64,000 nt of DNA from Candidatus Hydrogenedentota bacterium (lineage in GTDB: Bacteria; Hydrogenedentota; Hydrogenedentia; Hydrogenedentales; SLHB01): contig BTVY01000023.1 in NCBI GenBank assembly GCA_045863335.1, forward strand, positions 1 to 64,000. Reading direction: 5' to 3'. The stretch's first letter is position 1, and each line of letters starts with the position of its first letter. Below, one piece after another: positions 21,742 through 30,799 of the stretch. A model generated the notes under the pieces. That model saw only the letters and a program-made list of their open reading frames with translations, ran no database searches and was not told where the DNA came from. The translations under genes and the position numbers were made by a program.

Positions 21742-21780
21742 AAGCGTTTAGCTTGAAGGGCCTGTCACGCGGCCTTTCAT

Positions 21781-22575
21781 ATGGAGCACGCCTTGAGTCA
21801 CGACCCCTTTCATATAGCGGGACGCGAATTTCGGTCGCGTCTCATGGTAGGTACAGGCAAGTTTCCGTCCACCGAATCCCTGCGCGCCACGTTGGACGCG
21901 TCGGACGCGGAGATCGTCACCGTGGCCCTTCGGCGCGCCGACTTGGCTAACCCCAAGGGCGACGGGATCTTATCTGCCATCGACCCCGCCCGGCACCTGC
22001 TCTTGCCGAACACGTCCGGGGCACGCACCGCCGAGGAAGCGGTCCGGCTCGCAAAGCTTGCCCGGGCCGCGGGATGCGAACCCTGGGTCAAGCTCGAACT
22101 CACGCCGGAACCCCGCTATCTTCTGCCCGATCCGATCGAGACCTTGCGCGCCGCGGAACTGCTGGTCAAAGACGGGTTCGTCGTCTTGCCTTACATCCAA
22201 CCGGATCCCATTCTCGCGAAGCGGTTGGAAGAGGTTGGAACGGCGACGGTCATGCCGCTGGGCGCGCCTATCGGCAGCAACCGGGGCGTCAAATCGCGGG
22301 ACCTCATCAAGATCATCATCGAGCAGGCGACGGTCCCGGTCGTCGTCGATGCGGGGCTGGGCGCGCCGTCCCACGCGGCGGAATCCATGGAACTCGGCGC
22401 CGATGCAGTACTCGTGAATACGGCCCTCGCCGACGCCACCGATCACGGGGCCATGGCCAAGGCCTTCGCCATGGCCACGGTGGCCGGACGCATGGCCTAC
22501 CTCGCCGGCCTCGGCCCGGAGCGCAGCACCGCCGAAGCGTCCTCGCCTTTGACGGGTTTCCTGGATTCGATGTAG
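21781..22575 (+). CDS. thiG: Thiazole synthase
   Basis: [37 protein letters not shown]. Confidence 0.96.
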   Translation: MEHALSHDPFHIAGREFRSRLMVGTGKFPSTESLRATLDASDAEIVTVALRRADLANPKGDGILSAIDPARHLLLPNTSGARTAEEAVRLAKLARAAGCEPWVKLELTPEPRYLLPDPIETLRAAELLVKDGFVVLPYIQPDPILAKRLEEVGTATVMPLGAPIGSNRGVKSRDLIKIIIEQATVPVVVDAGLGAPSHAAESMELGADAVLVNTALADATDHGAMAKAFAMATVAGRMAYLAGLGPERSTAEASSPLTGFLDSM

Positions 22576-22599
22576 ACGGGGAGGATCACCGTTCGCTCG

Positions 22600-23052
22600 T
22601 CAGCCGGATCCAAGCAAATCTTCGCCGTATCTCACGAGAAGCGCTTTAATGATGCGGACCTTGTCCGTCGGTTCGGGGCCAAACCTTGGGCGTTCTTCGG
22701 GGTCGCGAAATTCTTCGTAGCGGTTCCGGTTCGGCACTTCGGAAGTCTCACTCGTCACGTAGACCAGGGCATCTGCCCCGCGATCCATGGCCGCCCGGAT
22801 CATCTTACGCTGAATCTTTTCGACACCAACCTTGTTGGCCTGCGCGCGTGCCGTGAGATTTCCGATGACGGTGTACGGCCCTTCGATATCTTCCAGTGCG
22901 AACAACACATCGACTTTATCGGAAGGTGCGAAAACGTCCCCCTTGTACTCCAGGGTCGTGCAGGACAGGCCGCCGCACAGCAGCCCTGCAAACAGCAGCG
23001 CAACTGCACCTTGCGGATACCATAGTCGGACTTTGGCAAACGGCTTACGCAT
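22600..23052 (-). CDS. Putative lipoprotein (YbjQ/RcsF-like fold)
   Basis: Lipobox-like GGLSC; PY.VIG ... AMDRGADAL pattern. Confidence 0.55.
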   Translation of the reverse strand: MRKPFAKVRLWYPQGAVALLFAGLLCGGLSCTTLEYKGDVFAPSDKVDVLFALEDIEGPYTVIGNLTARAQANKVGVEKIQRKMIRAAMDRGADALVYVTSETSEVPNRNRYEEFRDPEERPRFGPEPTDKVRIIKALLVRYGEDLLGSG

Positions 23053-23207
23053 CTGCGGTTCTTCCCGGCGTCGTCGTGACGATTTCGAACGGAACGTTGG
23101 TGAAGGAGACCGAAGCCCTGTCCGGTTTGCTCAAGAGTGGGCTCGTGCAATGCGAACCGGGCTTCAGCCTCTCGCCCAGTGTACCACGGGACAGGCCGTG
23201 ATTCCGA

Positions 23208-23531
23208 TCAGGGTGTTCGGCCAGAGATCGTGTCCTTAGACATGAAGAGCGGCCCCAGCAACACGACCCACAGCGGAAAGAGCAGCAGCACCCAGCCGGC
23301 AAACCGAATGTACAGCGGCGCGATCCGGTAGGGCAGCCGGAATCGGCGGAACCGGAGAGGGATTCTGGAGATCTGCACCGGGTACCAGATCAACCAGCAG
23401 GCTACGGTGATGTAGGCCGTGGCCAATGCACCCGTTGTGACGCTGTGTCCGGCCCCGAGGGCAGCCCAAAGGTAAAACATGCCGATACAAAGCGTGATGA
23501 CGCGTTCCCGGTTGGAGGCGTTCTGGTTCAT
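23208..23531 (-). CDS. Small membrane protein
   Basis: Three hydrophobic segments; ATGA overlap with the upstream gene. Confidence 0.55.
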   Translation of the reverse strand: MNQNASNRERVITLCIGMFYLWAALGAGHSVTTGALATAYITVACWLIWYPVQISRIPLRFRRFRLPYRIAPLYIRFAGWVLLLFPLWVVLLGPLFMSKDTISGRTP

Positions 23532-24466
23532 GCGAGCACCGCCACGTCATCCAGGGCCACACGGCCCATGCGGACTTCGTTCGAGCGATTAGGCCGCGCC
23601 GCCTCGAAGTACACGAACATTTCGTCCCCGACGCGCAACCAGTGCGAATACCGCCAGGTATTGTGCAATGGACCCGGTGTTGTGCTGACCAGAAGCGGTG
23701 CGTCTGGCGTAAGGTCGTGAAAGGTAACAAGGTCTGGCGTGTACGCCAGGCCGGTGCAAATGTTGTAATTCGGGTCGTACCACCCGAGCGTGGAGCCTTC
23801 GTAAACGAACAGATATCCGAACGCCATTGGCACCACGCTGGCGGGGCGGGTGTAGAGATTGTGCCAGCCCCCGTTATCGAACACCGGGGCCAAGCTGATC
23901 GGCGTCCACGTTTCGCCCTCGTCGCTTCTGAAGAGATACGTGCGTTCAACGCGGTCAAGCCCGATGACGTACATGTGCCAGCACCCTCTCGCCCACAGAA
24001 TGACCGGATCCTTGTACCCAATAACCTGGATGGTGTCGTCATCTTCCGCGTCGGCCTGAAGCACGGTTCGTACGGTGCCGGGGTCGAACGAATCGGGTGA
24101 AACCGCGTCATCGAATCGGAGGATCGACCAACCCTCCTTCAGCCACGCGCAGGTGTACAGCCGGAACTTGCCCGTGGCAGGGTCGATCAGTAGCGTGGGC
24201 CGCTCGAAACCCGGCACGCCCGCGTCTTCACGGGTGATGCTTGCGATCGGTTCGAACCGTACGCCGTCGGCGCTTCGCAGAATCCGAATCTCGTAGCCCC
24301 GATACCCCTTCGGCGAATTGCCCTCCCGCATGCGGGCGGCGAGGTAAAAGGTACCATTCGCGGCACGGACGACCGACGGCGCGCCCGCCCACCACTCCGG
24401 CCGGTCTTCGTCCGGCTCAAGCACGACGCTGTAATCGGCCAGCGCCGATACGATTCGCTCAAGCAT
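23528..24466 (-). CDS. Five-bladed beta-propeller glycoside-hydrolase-like protein
   Basis: GAPSV, ERP, KDPVI, RP and RYS blade motifs typical of GH32/43/117/130-like propellers. Confidence 0.65.
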   Translation of the reverse strand: MLERIVSALADYSVVLEPDEDRPEWWAGAPSVVRAANGTFYLAARMREGNSPKGYRGYEIRILRSADGVRFEPIASITREDAGVPGFERPTLLIDPATGKFRLYTCAWLKEGWSILRFDDAVSPDSFDPGTVRTVLQADAEDDDTIQVIGYKDPVILWARGCWHMYVIGLDRVERTYLFRSDEGETWTPISLAPVFDNGGWHNLYTRPASVVPMAFGYLFVYEGSTLGWYDPNYNICTGLAYTPDLVTFHDLTPDAPLLVSTTPGPLHNTWRYSHWLRVGDEMFVYFEAARPNRSNEVRMGRVALDDVAVLA

Positions 24467-24678
24467 AAACTGCTGCTCCCCAAGTGCGATCGGAACTACA
24501 AAGCACGAAAGCCCGGAGAAAATCAACTGACCTGCCCCGGCTAGCCGGCATCACTGCGCGCCACGAGGGCGTCGGCTACGGTCCGCGGCCTTTCTCCGCT
24601 CCGCCCAGTGCGCTACAATGAGTGAGAATTCGGAGTCAGCCGCCGAACAGGATACGCCAACCCCCAAGGAGGTGTCCG

Positions 24679-25659
24679 ATGTCCAGAGATCGTGTGAGTC
24701 GCAGAGAATTCATCCGGGACGCCGCCGTGTTAACCGGTGGCGTCGCCGCGGTGTCGTCGGTCCACGCGCAGCAAGCCGCAAAAGTGCCCCGCGCTATTCT
24801 TGGCCGTACCGGCGTCGAAGTGTCGCGGCTGGGCATCGGCTGCGCCCATTTTCAGCGGCCCAACGTAACGGTCGACGACGTAGGCGCCGCCATGCACCGC
24901 GCCCTGGAACTGGGGGTCGACTATTTCGATACGGCCCCGAACTATGGCCGGGGCGACCACTTTGCCGAAACAAAGATGGGCCCCACCGTCAAGGAAGTTC
25001 GGGATCGAATCTTCCTCGTGACCAAGACGGAAGAGCCGACGTACGATGGCACCTGGAAATTACTGCGCCAGAGTATGGAACGGTTGCAGACCGATCGGCT
25101 CGACCTCGTCCACGTCCACAACTTTGGCATGGAGTCGCGATTCGAGGACCTCGATTTCGTATTCAGTGACAAGGGCACGCTTGGAGCCCTTCGCGAGGCC
25201 AAGCAACAGGGCGTGATTCGTTTCATCGGCGCCAGCGGCCACTTGTATCCATCGCGCTTTCACAAGATCCTCGATACGGGCGATATCGACGTGCTCATGA
25301 ATGCGGTCAACTTCGTGTGCCAGCACGTCTACGATTTTGAAGGCAAGGTGTGGAGCCGCGCGCGCGGCGAAAACATCGGCTTGGTTGCTATGAAAGTGTT
25401 GGGCGGCGCATCGGGGGGCAATACCTTCCGCATGGCCAAGGACCATTACGAGTCGGCGGTGCGTTATGCGCTATCCATTCCGGGTTGTGCGGTGGCCGTG
25501 ATCGGCTGTGAGAACGCGAAGGAGATCGAAGAGGCGGCCCAGGCTGTCGCCTCTGCCCAACCGCTTTCGGATGACGAGCGTATCCAGCTCGCCCAGCTGG
25601 GCCAGGAATTGGCGACGACCCAAGCGTGGAAGGCTGCGTACGGCGAACCGTTGACATAG
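24679..25659 (+). CDS. Tat-exported aldo/keto reductase
   Basis: SRREFIR Tat motif; LGRTG..VS.LG.G, FDTAPNYG, LVTK, IRFIG.SGH, AMKVLGG. Confidence 0.92.
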   Translation: MSRDRVSRREFIRDAAVLTGGVAAVSSVHAQQAAKVPRAILGRTGVEVSRLGIGCAHFQRPNVTVDDVGAAMHRALELGVDYFDTAPNYGRGDHFAETKMGPTVKEVRDRIFLVTKTEEPTYDGTWKLLRQSMERLQTDRLDLVHVHNFGMESRFEDLDFVFSDKGTLGALREAKQQGVIRFIGASGHLYPSRFHKILDTGDIDVLMNAVNFVCQHVYDFEGKVWSRARGENIGLVAMKVLGGASGGNTFRMAKDHYESAVRYALSIPGCAVAVIGCENAKEIEEAAQAVASAQPLSDDERIQLAQLGQELATTQAWKAAYGEPLT

Positions 25660-25753
25660 ACCGCAATAGCCGCTCGCGCAAGACCCTTTTGCCCAATCGC
25701 GGCCGGGGAATATCGCGCGGGCCTGTGAGGTTTTCCCGTTTCCAGGCACAGAA

Positions 25754-25782
25754 TTGCGTGCCAAAGCGCGGTACTGTATAAT
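25754..25782 (+). promoter_or_regulatory. Putative sigma70 promoter upstream of trxA
   Basis: TTGCGT-N17-TATAAT. Confidence 0.55.
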
Positions 25783-25938
25783 CCGGTGGCTTTTTATGCG
25801 GGTAATCCGGGCATGCCGTCTGGTTAACGTAACCCGTTGACATGATTGGGCATTGATTGCGAATTTAGACCAGGTGTAGCGGATTCGCCGGAATAGGCGG
25901 GCCGGGTGCGCCGTTAGGCTAGTTCAGGAGGCGACACG

Positions 25939-26259
25939 ATGAGCAACGCACAGGAACTGACGACCAGCAACTTCGATACGACCGTCAATGAGGGGGTCAC
26001 CCTCGTTGATTTCTGGGCGGAGTGGTGTGCGCCGTGTCGTATGATGACGCCGGTACTCGATGAACTCGCCACTGAATACGACGGAAAGGCGCGCATCGGC
26101 AAGATCAACGTCGACAACGAGCCGGATCTTGCCATGAAGTTCGACGTATCGAGCATTCCAACCTTGATTGTTTTCAAGAACGGCGAGATCGCCAAACGGT
26201 TCGTGGGCGTCACGTCCAAGGGCGAACTGGCCGAAGCGCTGGACGGCGCCGCCGGGTAA
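25939..26259 (+). CDS. trxA: Thioredoxin
   Basis: VDFWAEWCAPC, SIPT; strong RBS AGGAGG. Confidence 0.95.
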   Translation: MSNAQELTTSNFDTTVNEGVTLVDFWAEWCAPCRMMTPVLDELATEYDGKARIGKINVDNEPDLAMKFDVSSIPTLIVFKNGEIAKRFVGVTSKGELAEALDGAAG

Positions 26260-26294
26260 CGCTGGACGACGAGGGCTCACGCCCCTATCTTCGT

Positions 26295-26795
26295 ATGCTG
26301 ATCAAACTCTGCATCATTGGACTCTTCGGGGTCGCGGCGTATATCGCGGCCTACCGATTTGGGTTTGATGGGTCGCGGGGTATCTTGAGGGACCCGCTTA
26401 CCATCGCCTTGCTGGCAATGGCGGCCGGATACGGCGTGGTGCGCGCTGTCATGGGTCCCTTGGCCGGACCGATGGTCTGGGCCGAGCCCATTACCGAAGT
26501 GAAATCGCAAACGGAGCTGGCGGCGCTCATCGCAGATGCTGGTGACAAGCCGATTCTCGTTGATTTCTATGCCCCGTGGTGTATGCCGTGTCGCGCTACC
26601 GCGCCGGCCGTGAACGCGATGGCTGCGGAAGGGCACCGGGTCGCGGTCGTCAATGTGGACGAAGCCAAACAGCTCGCCTGGGACTATGAGGTCGGTGCGA
26701 TTCCGACGATCATCGTGCTTCGCGACGGCAATATCGTGGCCCGGGCGCAGGGAGTCCACACGGCGAGCGGGTTGAGGGCGCTTCTGGAGGGGTAA
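26295..26795 (+). CDS. Membrane-anchored thioredoxin-domain protein
   Basis: Two N-terminal TM helices, then VDFYAPWCMPC and AIPT. Confidence 0.85.
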   Translation: MLIKLCIIGLFGVAAYIAAYRFGFDGSRGILRDPLTIALLAMAAGYGVVRAVMGPLAGPMVWAEPITEVKSQTELAALIADAGDKPILVDFYAPWCMPCRATAPAVNAMAAEGHRVAVVNVDEAKQLAWDYEVGAIPTIIVLRDGNIVARAQGVHTASGLRALLEG

Positions 26796-26950
26796 CGGTC
26801 ACCGTCGCGCCAAGGGCGTGACCGTCAGCAACAACACCAATTCAAAACTGTAGACCGGGGGAAATGCATCCGGACGCCGGCATGGCGCAGGATGCGCATA
26901 ACCGTTTGAGATTACGAAGTACGTCTCGAACAGAACGAACGGAGCAAATC

Positions 26951-27955
26951 ATGACACCGAAAGTGGTAGCCGTAGCCGGCGCGACCGGCTTGGTAGGACG
27001 ACAGATGATGCAGGTGCTCGAAGAGCGCAACTTTCCCGTGAAGTCGCTGAAACTGCTGGCTTCCGAACGCTCCAAGGGGAAAACGCTCACGTTCAAAGGC
27101 GAGACGATTCCGGTCGAGGTGCTGTCCGAGGACTCCTTCAAGGGTGTAGACGTGGCGTTGTTCAGCGCGGGCGGCGGCACCAGCAAGAAGTATTCACCCT
27201 GTGCGGCGAAAGACGGGTGCGTGGTGGTGGACAACTCCAGTGCCTGGCGGATGGATCCTAACGTGCCTCTGGTCGTTCCGGAAGTGAACGCACACGACAT
27301 CGCGAAACACCAGGGCATCATCGCCAATCCCAATTGTTCGACGATTCAGATGGTTGTCGTATTGAAACCGTTGCACGACGCGGCGAAGATCAAGCGCGTG
27401 GTCGTGTCCACCTATCAGGCCGTTTCGGGGGCCGGCATCAAGGCGCTGGATGAACTCAAGGCGCAGACCCTGGCAATACTCGAGGGCCGGGAACCGGAGT
27501 GCAGCGTGTTCCCGTACCCCATCGCATTCAACTGTCTGCCGCAGATTCCCCAAAGCGATGCGTTTGCGGACAACGGATACTCCACCGAAGAGCTGAAGAT
27601 GGTCAATGAGACCAAGAAGATCATGGGCGACGATAGCATCCGCGTCACCGCCACCACGGTGCGCGTGCCCGTCTTCAGCGGTCACAGCGAATCGGTGAAC
27701 GTGGAAACCGAAAAGAAACTCACGGCGCAGCAGGCCCGCGAGATCCTGTCCAAGGCCGAGGGCGTCGTCGTGCAGGACGACCTTTCCAAGCAACTGTACC
27801 CCCTCGCGCCCAACGCCGTCGGCAAGAGCGAGACCTTCGTGGGGCGCATCCGGGAAGACGTGTCGCACCCGTCCGCGCTGGACATGTGGATCGTCTCCGA
27901 CAACCTGCTCAAAGGCGCCGCGCTCAACGCGGTGCAGATTGCCGAGCGGCTGTAG
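26951..27955 (+). CDS. asd: Aspartate-semialdehyde dehydrogenase
   Basis: GATGLVG, DNSSAWRM, ANPNCST, STYQAVSGAG, VRVPV..GHSE, DNLLKGAALN. Confidence 0.97.
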   Translation: MTPKVVAVAGATGLVGRQMMQVLEERNFPVKSLKLLASERSKGKTLTFKGETIPVEVLSEDSFKGVDVALFSAGGGTSKKYSPCAAKDGCVVVDNSSAWRMDPNVPLVVPEVNAHDIAKHQGIIANPNCSTIQMVVVLKPLHDAAKIKRVVVSTYQAVSGAGIKALDELKAQTLAILEGREPECSVFPYPIAFNCLPQIPQSDAFADNGYSTEELKMVNETKKIMGDDSIRVTATTVRVPVFSGHSESVNVETEKKLTAQQAREILSKAEGVVVQDDLSKQLYPLAPNAVGKSETFVGRIREDVSHPSALDMWIVSDNLLKGAALNAVQIAERL

Positions 27956-27980
27956 ACGGCGTTTTTTCGCGTAGGATTGT

Positions 27981-28019
27981 GGAGGGCGTTCTCTCAACGG
28001 AACGCCCTCCCGTTTTTTT
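27981..28019 (+). terminator. Rho-independent terminator after asd
   Basis: GGAGGGCGTT / AACGCCCTCC stem followed by a T7 tract. Confidence 0.85.
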
Positions 28020-28119
28020 GGTATGAGGGTTAGGTCCTTTTCCGGCCGGAACACATCCCTCGATTGAACCTGCTTCCTCGCAAGCCTCATACTGGTCGCG
28101 GTTGCAGGGGAGAATCGCT

Positions 28120-29574
28120 ATGAAGATGCACAAGCTCGCGTTGCTGCTCTCGCTGGTACTGGTCGCCGTGCCGGCAGCGTGGGCGGATTTCGATGAAGAA
28201 GCGGAGGCCGGCCTCCTCGACGCGTTCTTTTCGCTAAGCCAGTCACAGAACAGCGAGGCGGCCAACTTCATTGCAGCGTATTTGGCCGACAGCCGGTACG
28301 GCACAAGCGACTGGTCCCGCCTGTTCGGTACGTACTTCGAAGAAGGCGGCGGATTCACTGCGGGGCACGCGACCTTCTGGAACTGGGCGATCTCCAACTC
28401 CGCAGGCGAAATGCAACGGCACATCGGGGTGGTGTCCGGCTTCTGGGCGGCGGAAGCGATTGGCGGCAGTCTCGAACTCGGCCCCTGGGGCGATACTGTG
28501 GCGTACCAGTCCCTGGTATCGGGCTTCGACTGGCTCGCTGGCATTGCGCAAGCGCTCGGCTCCAACGGCCGCAGCGCGGTCTTCTCAGCCCTATCGGATG
28601 CGGCCGGAAATCGCACGATCGCGGCGTTGGCCCAGTCGCCGCAACAGTTCCCGACCTACGTGCAGTACGGGCTGATTCTTCGCGAATATGCCACGGGAAA
28701 CCCCAACAGCCGGAAGGTCGTCAGCGAAATCATGGGGTTTCAAAACGCGCCGCTGCAGTTCTGGGAAGCGCGCGGGATCTTCCTCTTTGACAACGGCGCG
28801 CTCGACGCTGCCCAGTTGAACAGCCTCGACCTGCTCATCACGGTGATCCCAAGCGAACTCCACAACATCGGCGCCTTCATCGTTCCACAAAGTACGGGCA
28901 TTCCGGCGGGAACGTCCTTCGCCACGCCCGTGCAGATCGTCTATCTCGAACCCGTGCCAACCGGCGTGACCACGAATCCCGGCGAGTTTCCGGAACGGCT
29001 GGGCCAACCCGTTGCATCCCTGTTTACGGTTTCGACAGCGGCGAGCATTATTCGCGCCGTGCAGGACATCCAGTTCGCGAAGCGGCCCGAACTGCGCGCG
29101 CGCCGCGATATCATTCTCGCAAACGCACGAGGCAAGCGGGAGCGGTTCCTGCGCCGCTTTCAGATCGTGCCGCCCGAGCAGTACTACGCGGACCCCGATT
29201 CCTTGCTTCCTTCAGTAGCCTATCCATACTTCATCGATTCGTCCCGCGCCTTTGCGATGGGAATGCTCTTGTTCGAGATCGAAAAGCAGGAGGCCATCGA
29301 CTCGTTTCTGCTCCTTGCGGACCTGTTATCCGGCGGGTCGAACACGACCGTCCTGTTCGCGACGGATCCTGTCGGGCGAATTACCCACGCCCGCGCATCC
29401 TTATCCCGCATCTACCTCGGCCAGATCCGGCAGGCGGCCTCCGATGACTTCGGGTTCTCGGGCAACTACATTCCCGCGAACATCAACATCTGCAACGGCA
29501 TCGCCATACAAGGCGCCTATTTTCTCTTCGAACCCGATCCGCAAGGGATCTCCATCCGGGTGCACCGCAGGTAA
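28120..29574 (+). CDS. Secreted hypothetical protein
   Basis: Long ORF with host-like codon use; signal peptide ending in AWA; no family recognised. Confidence 0.75.
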   Translation: MKMHKLALLLSLVLVAVPAAWADFDEEAEAGLLDAFFSLSQSQNSEAANFIAAYLADSRYGTSDWSRLFGTYFEEGGGFTAGHATFWNWAISNSAGEMQRHIGVVSGFWAAEAIGGSLELGPWGDTVAYQSLVSGFDWLAGIAQALGSNGRSAVFSALSDAAGNRTIAALAQSPQQFPTYVQYGLILREYATGNPNSRKVVSEIMGFQNAPLQFWEARGIFLFDNGALDAAQLNSLDLLITVIPSELHNIGAFIVPQSTGIPAGTSFATPVQIVYLEPVPTGVTTNPGEFPERLGQPVASLFTVSTAASIIRAVQDIQFAKRPELRARRDIILANARGKRERFLRRFQIVPPEQYYADPDSLLPSVAYPYFIDSSRAFAMGMLLFEIEKQEAIDSFLLLADLLSGGSNTTVLFATDPVGRITHARASLSRIYLGQIRQAASDDFGFSGNYIPANINICNGIAIQGAYFLFEPDPQGISIRVHRR

Positions 29575-29587
29575 CGCAGGGGGCCGC

Positions 29588-29965
29588 TTGAGCAAACGAT
29601 ATCTTCTCGCAACAGGACTTTACTGCGCGTTCATCTGGGTGCTGTCTTCCCAATCCGAACCCGGCGACTTCGAACTGCCCTTCACGTTCGAAGGCATGGA
29701 CAAGGTGGGACACATGTTTCTCTACGGAGGACTCGCGGCGGTGGTGTCTCTCGGGCTCCGGCGTGCGAGGGTCAGGCCTTCGGCATGGGTCCAGGTATTC
29801 GCGCCCATCCTGTTCGCGACCTTTTACGGTGTGACGGACGAGATTCACCAGTATTTCGTGCCCATGCGCCACTTCGATATCGTCGACCTCATCGCGGACT
29901 TGGCGGGTGCGACCGTCGTCCAGTGCGCACTCTGCTATCGTTGGCTGCGAAACCTGCACGCCTGA
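29588..29965 (+). CDS. VanZ-like membrane protein
   Basis: DKVGH...YGGL, YG.TDEIHQYFVP.R, D..ADL.G; TTG start inferred. Confidence 0.85.
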   Translation: MSKRYLLATGLYCAFIWVLSSQSEPGDFELPFTFEGMDKVGHMFLYGGLAAVVSLGLRRARVRPSAWVQVFAPILFATFYGVTDEIHQYFVPMRHFDIVDLIADLAGATVVQCALCYRWLRNLHA

Positions 29966-29987
29966 CGCCGGGATCGTTTCCGGTCTG

Positions 29988-30632
29988 CTATCGGGCTTTC
30001 TTTTCCAGCACAACCAGTCCGAACAACTCCAAGACCTCCTCGTAATCGCTCGTCACGGACATCAATTCCCGATAGAAGCGCGTAACACCTTCCCAATGGC
30101 CGATGTCGTGAAGGGCGACAAGCCCGCCCGGGACAACATGCGGCGCCCACAACTCGAAGTCCAGTCTGGAACCGTCGTACGAGTGATCTCCGTCGACAAA
30201 CAGCAAGCGAATGGGACCTTTCCACTCTCTTGCCGCGTCGGCCGAGGTGCTGACCACGGGTGTAACGTGGTCGAAGAGATCCAGCTTTCGCAGGTTCTCT
30301 TCAAAAACCGGTAGTGTCGAACCTAGAGCGGCGAGATCGGAATCGGCCCATTCCTGCCCCGCCTGGTGTTCTGGCGATCCGGTGAACGGATCGATAGCGG
30401 TCACCTTCTCCCGGCCCGCAGTTTTGGCGCCGTAGGCAAGCCACGCCGTGGAGCGGCCTTTGAAGCTGCCAATCTCGACGACCGCGCCAACGCCCGGCCC
30501 CTGCTCGGCCATCAGCGAGAGAACATACCCCTGCATGTCATCCAGCCAGCCGTCGATGTCGCGGGTGCGAATCGACATCTGGTGAAACTCCAGCGCGGTG
30601 CGGAGCCGGAACATGAGCATTGCGCTAAGCAT
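29988..30632 (-). CDS. Class I SAM-dependent methyltransferase (Methyltransf_24-like)
   Basis: VEIGSFKGRST, IDPF, LFVDGDHSY, GG.VALHD. Confidence 0.88.
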   Translation of the reverse strand: MLSAMLMFRLRTALEFHQMSIRTRDIDGWLDDMQGYVLSLMAEQGPGVGAVVEIGSFKGRSTAWLAYGAKTAGREKVTAIDPFTGSPEHQAGQEWADSDLAALGSTLPVFEENLRKLDLFDHVTPVVSTSADAAREWKGPIRLLFVDGDHSYDGSRLDFELWAPHVVPGGLVALHDIGHWEGVTRFYRELMSVTSDYEEVLELFGLVVLEKKAR

Positions 30633-30799
30633 AGAGACCCTCCCGTTTGGAGCCTGATGCCAAAAGAATATCGGCGCAAGGAAGAGCGCACAAGCATTCG
30701 CCGAAACAGCTGGTGCCGAGCGTTTGCCAGGATGACCCGAATTCCAGTATCGTTCTCCGAACTTTCCCGGCAGAAGTGCCATCCCAAGGGGTGCTGTTC

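Noticed and set aside
21640-21780. TPP riboswitch upstream of the lone thiG
   Set aside because: No CTGAGA or matching aptamer core seen; the gap is short and occupied by promoters.
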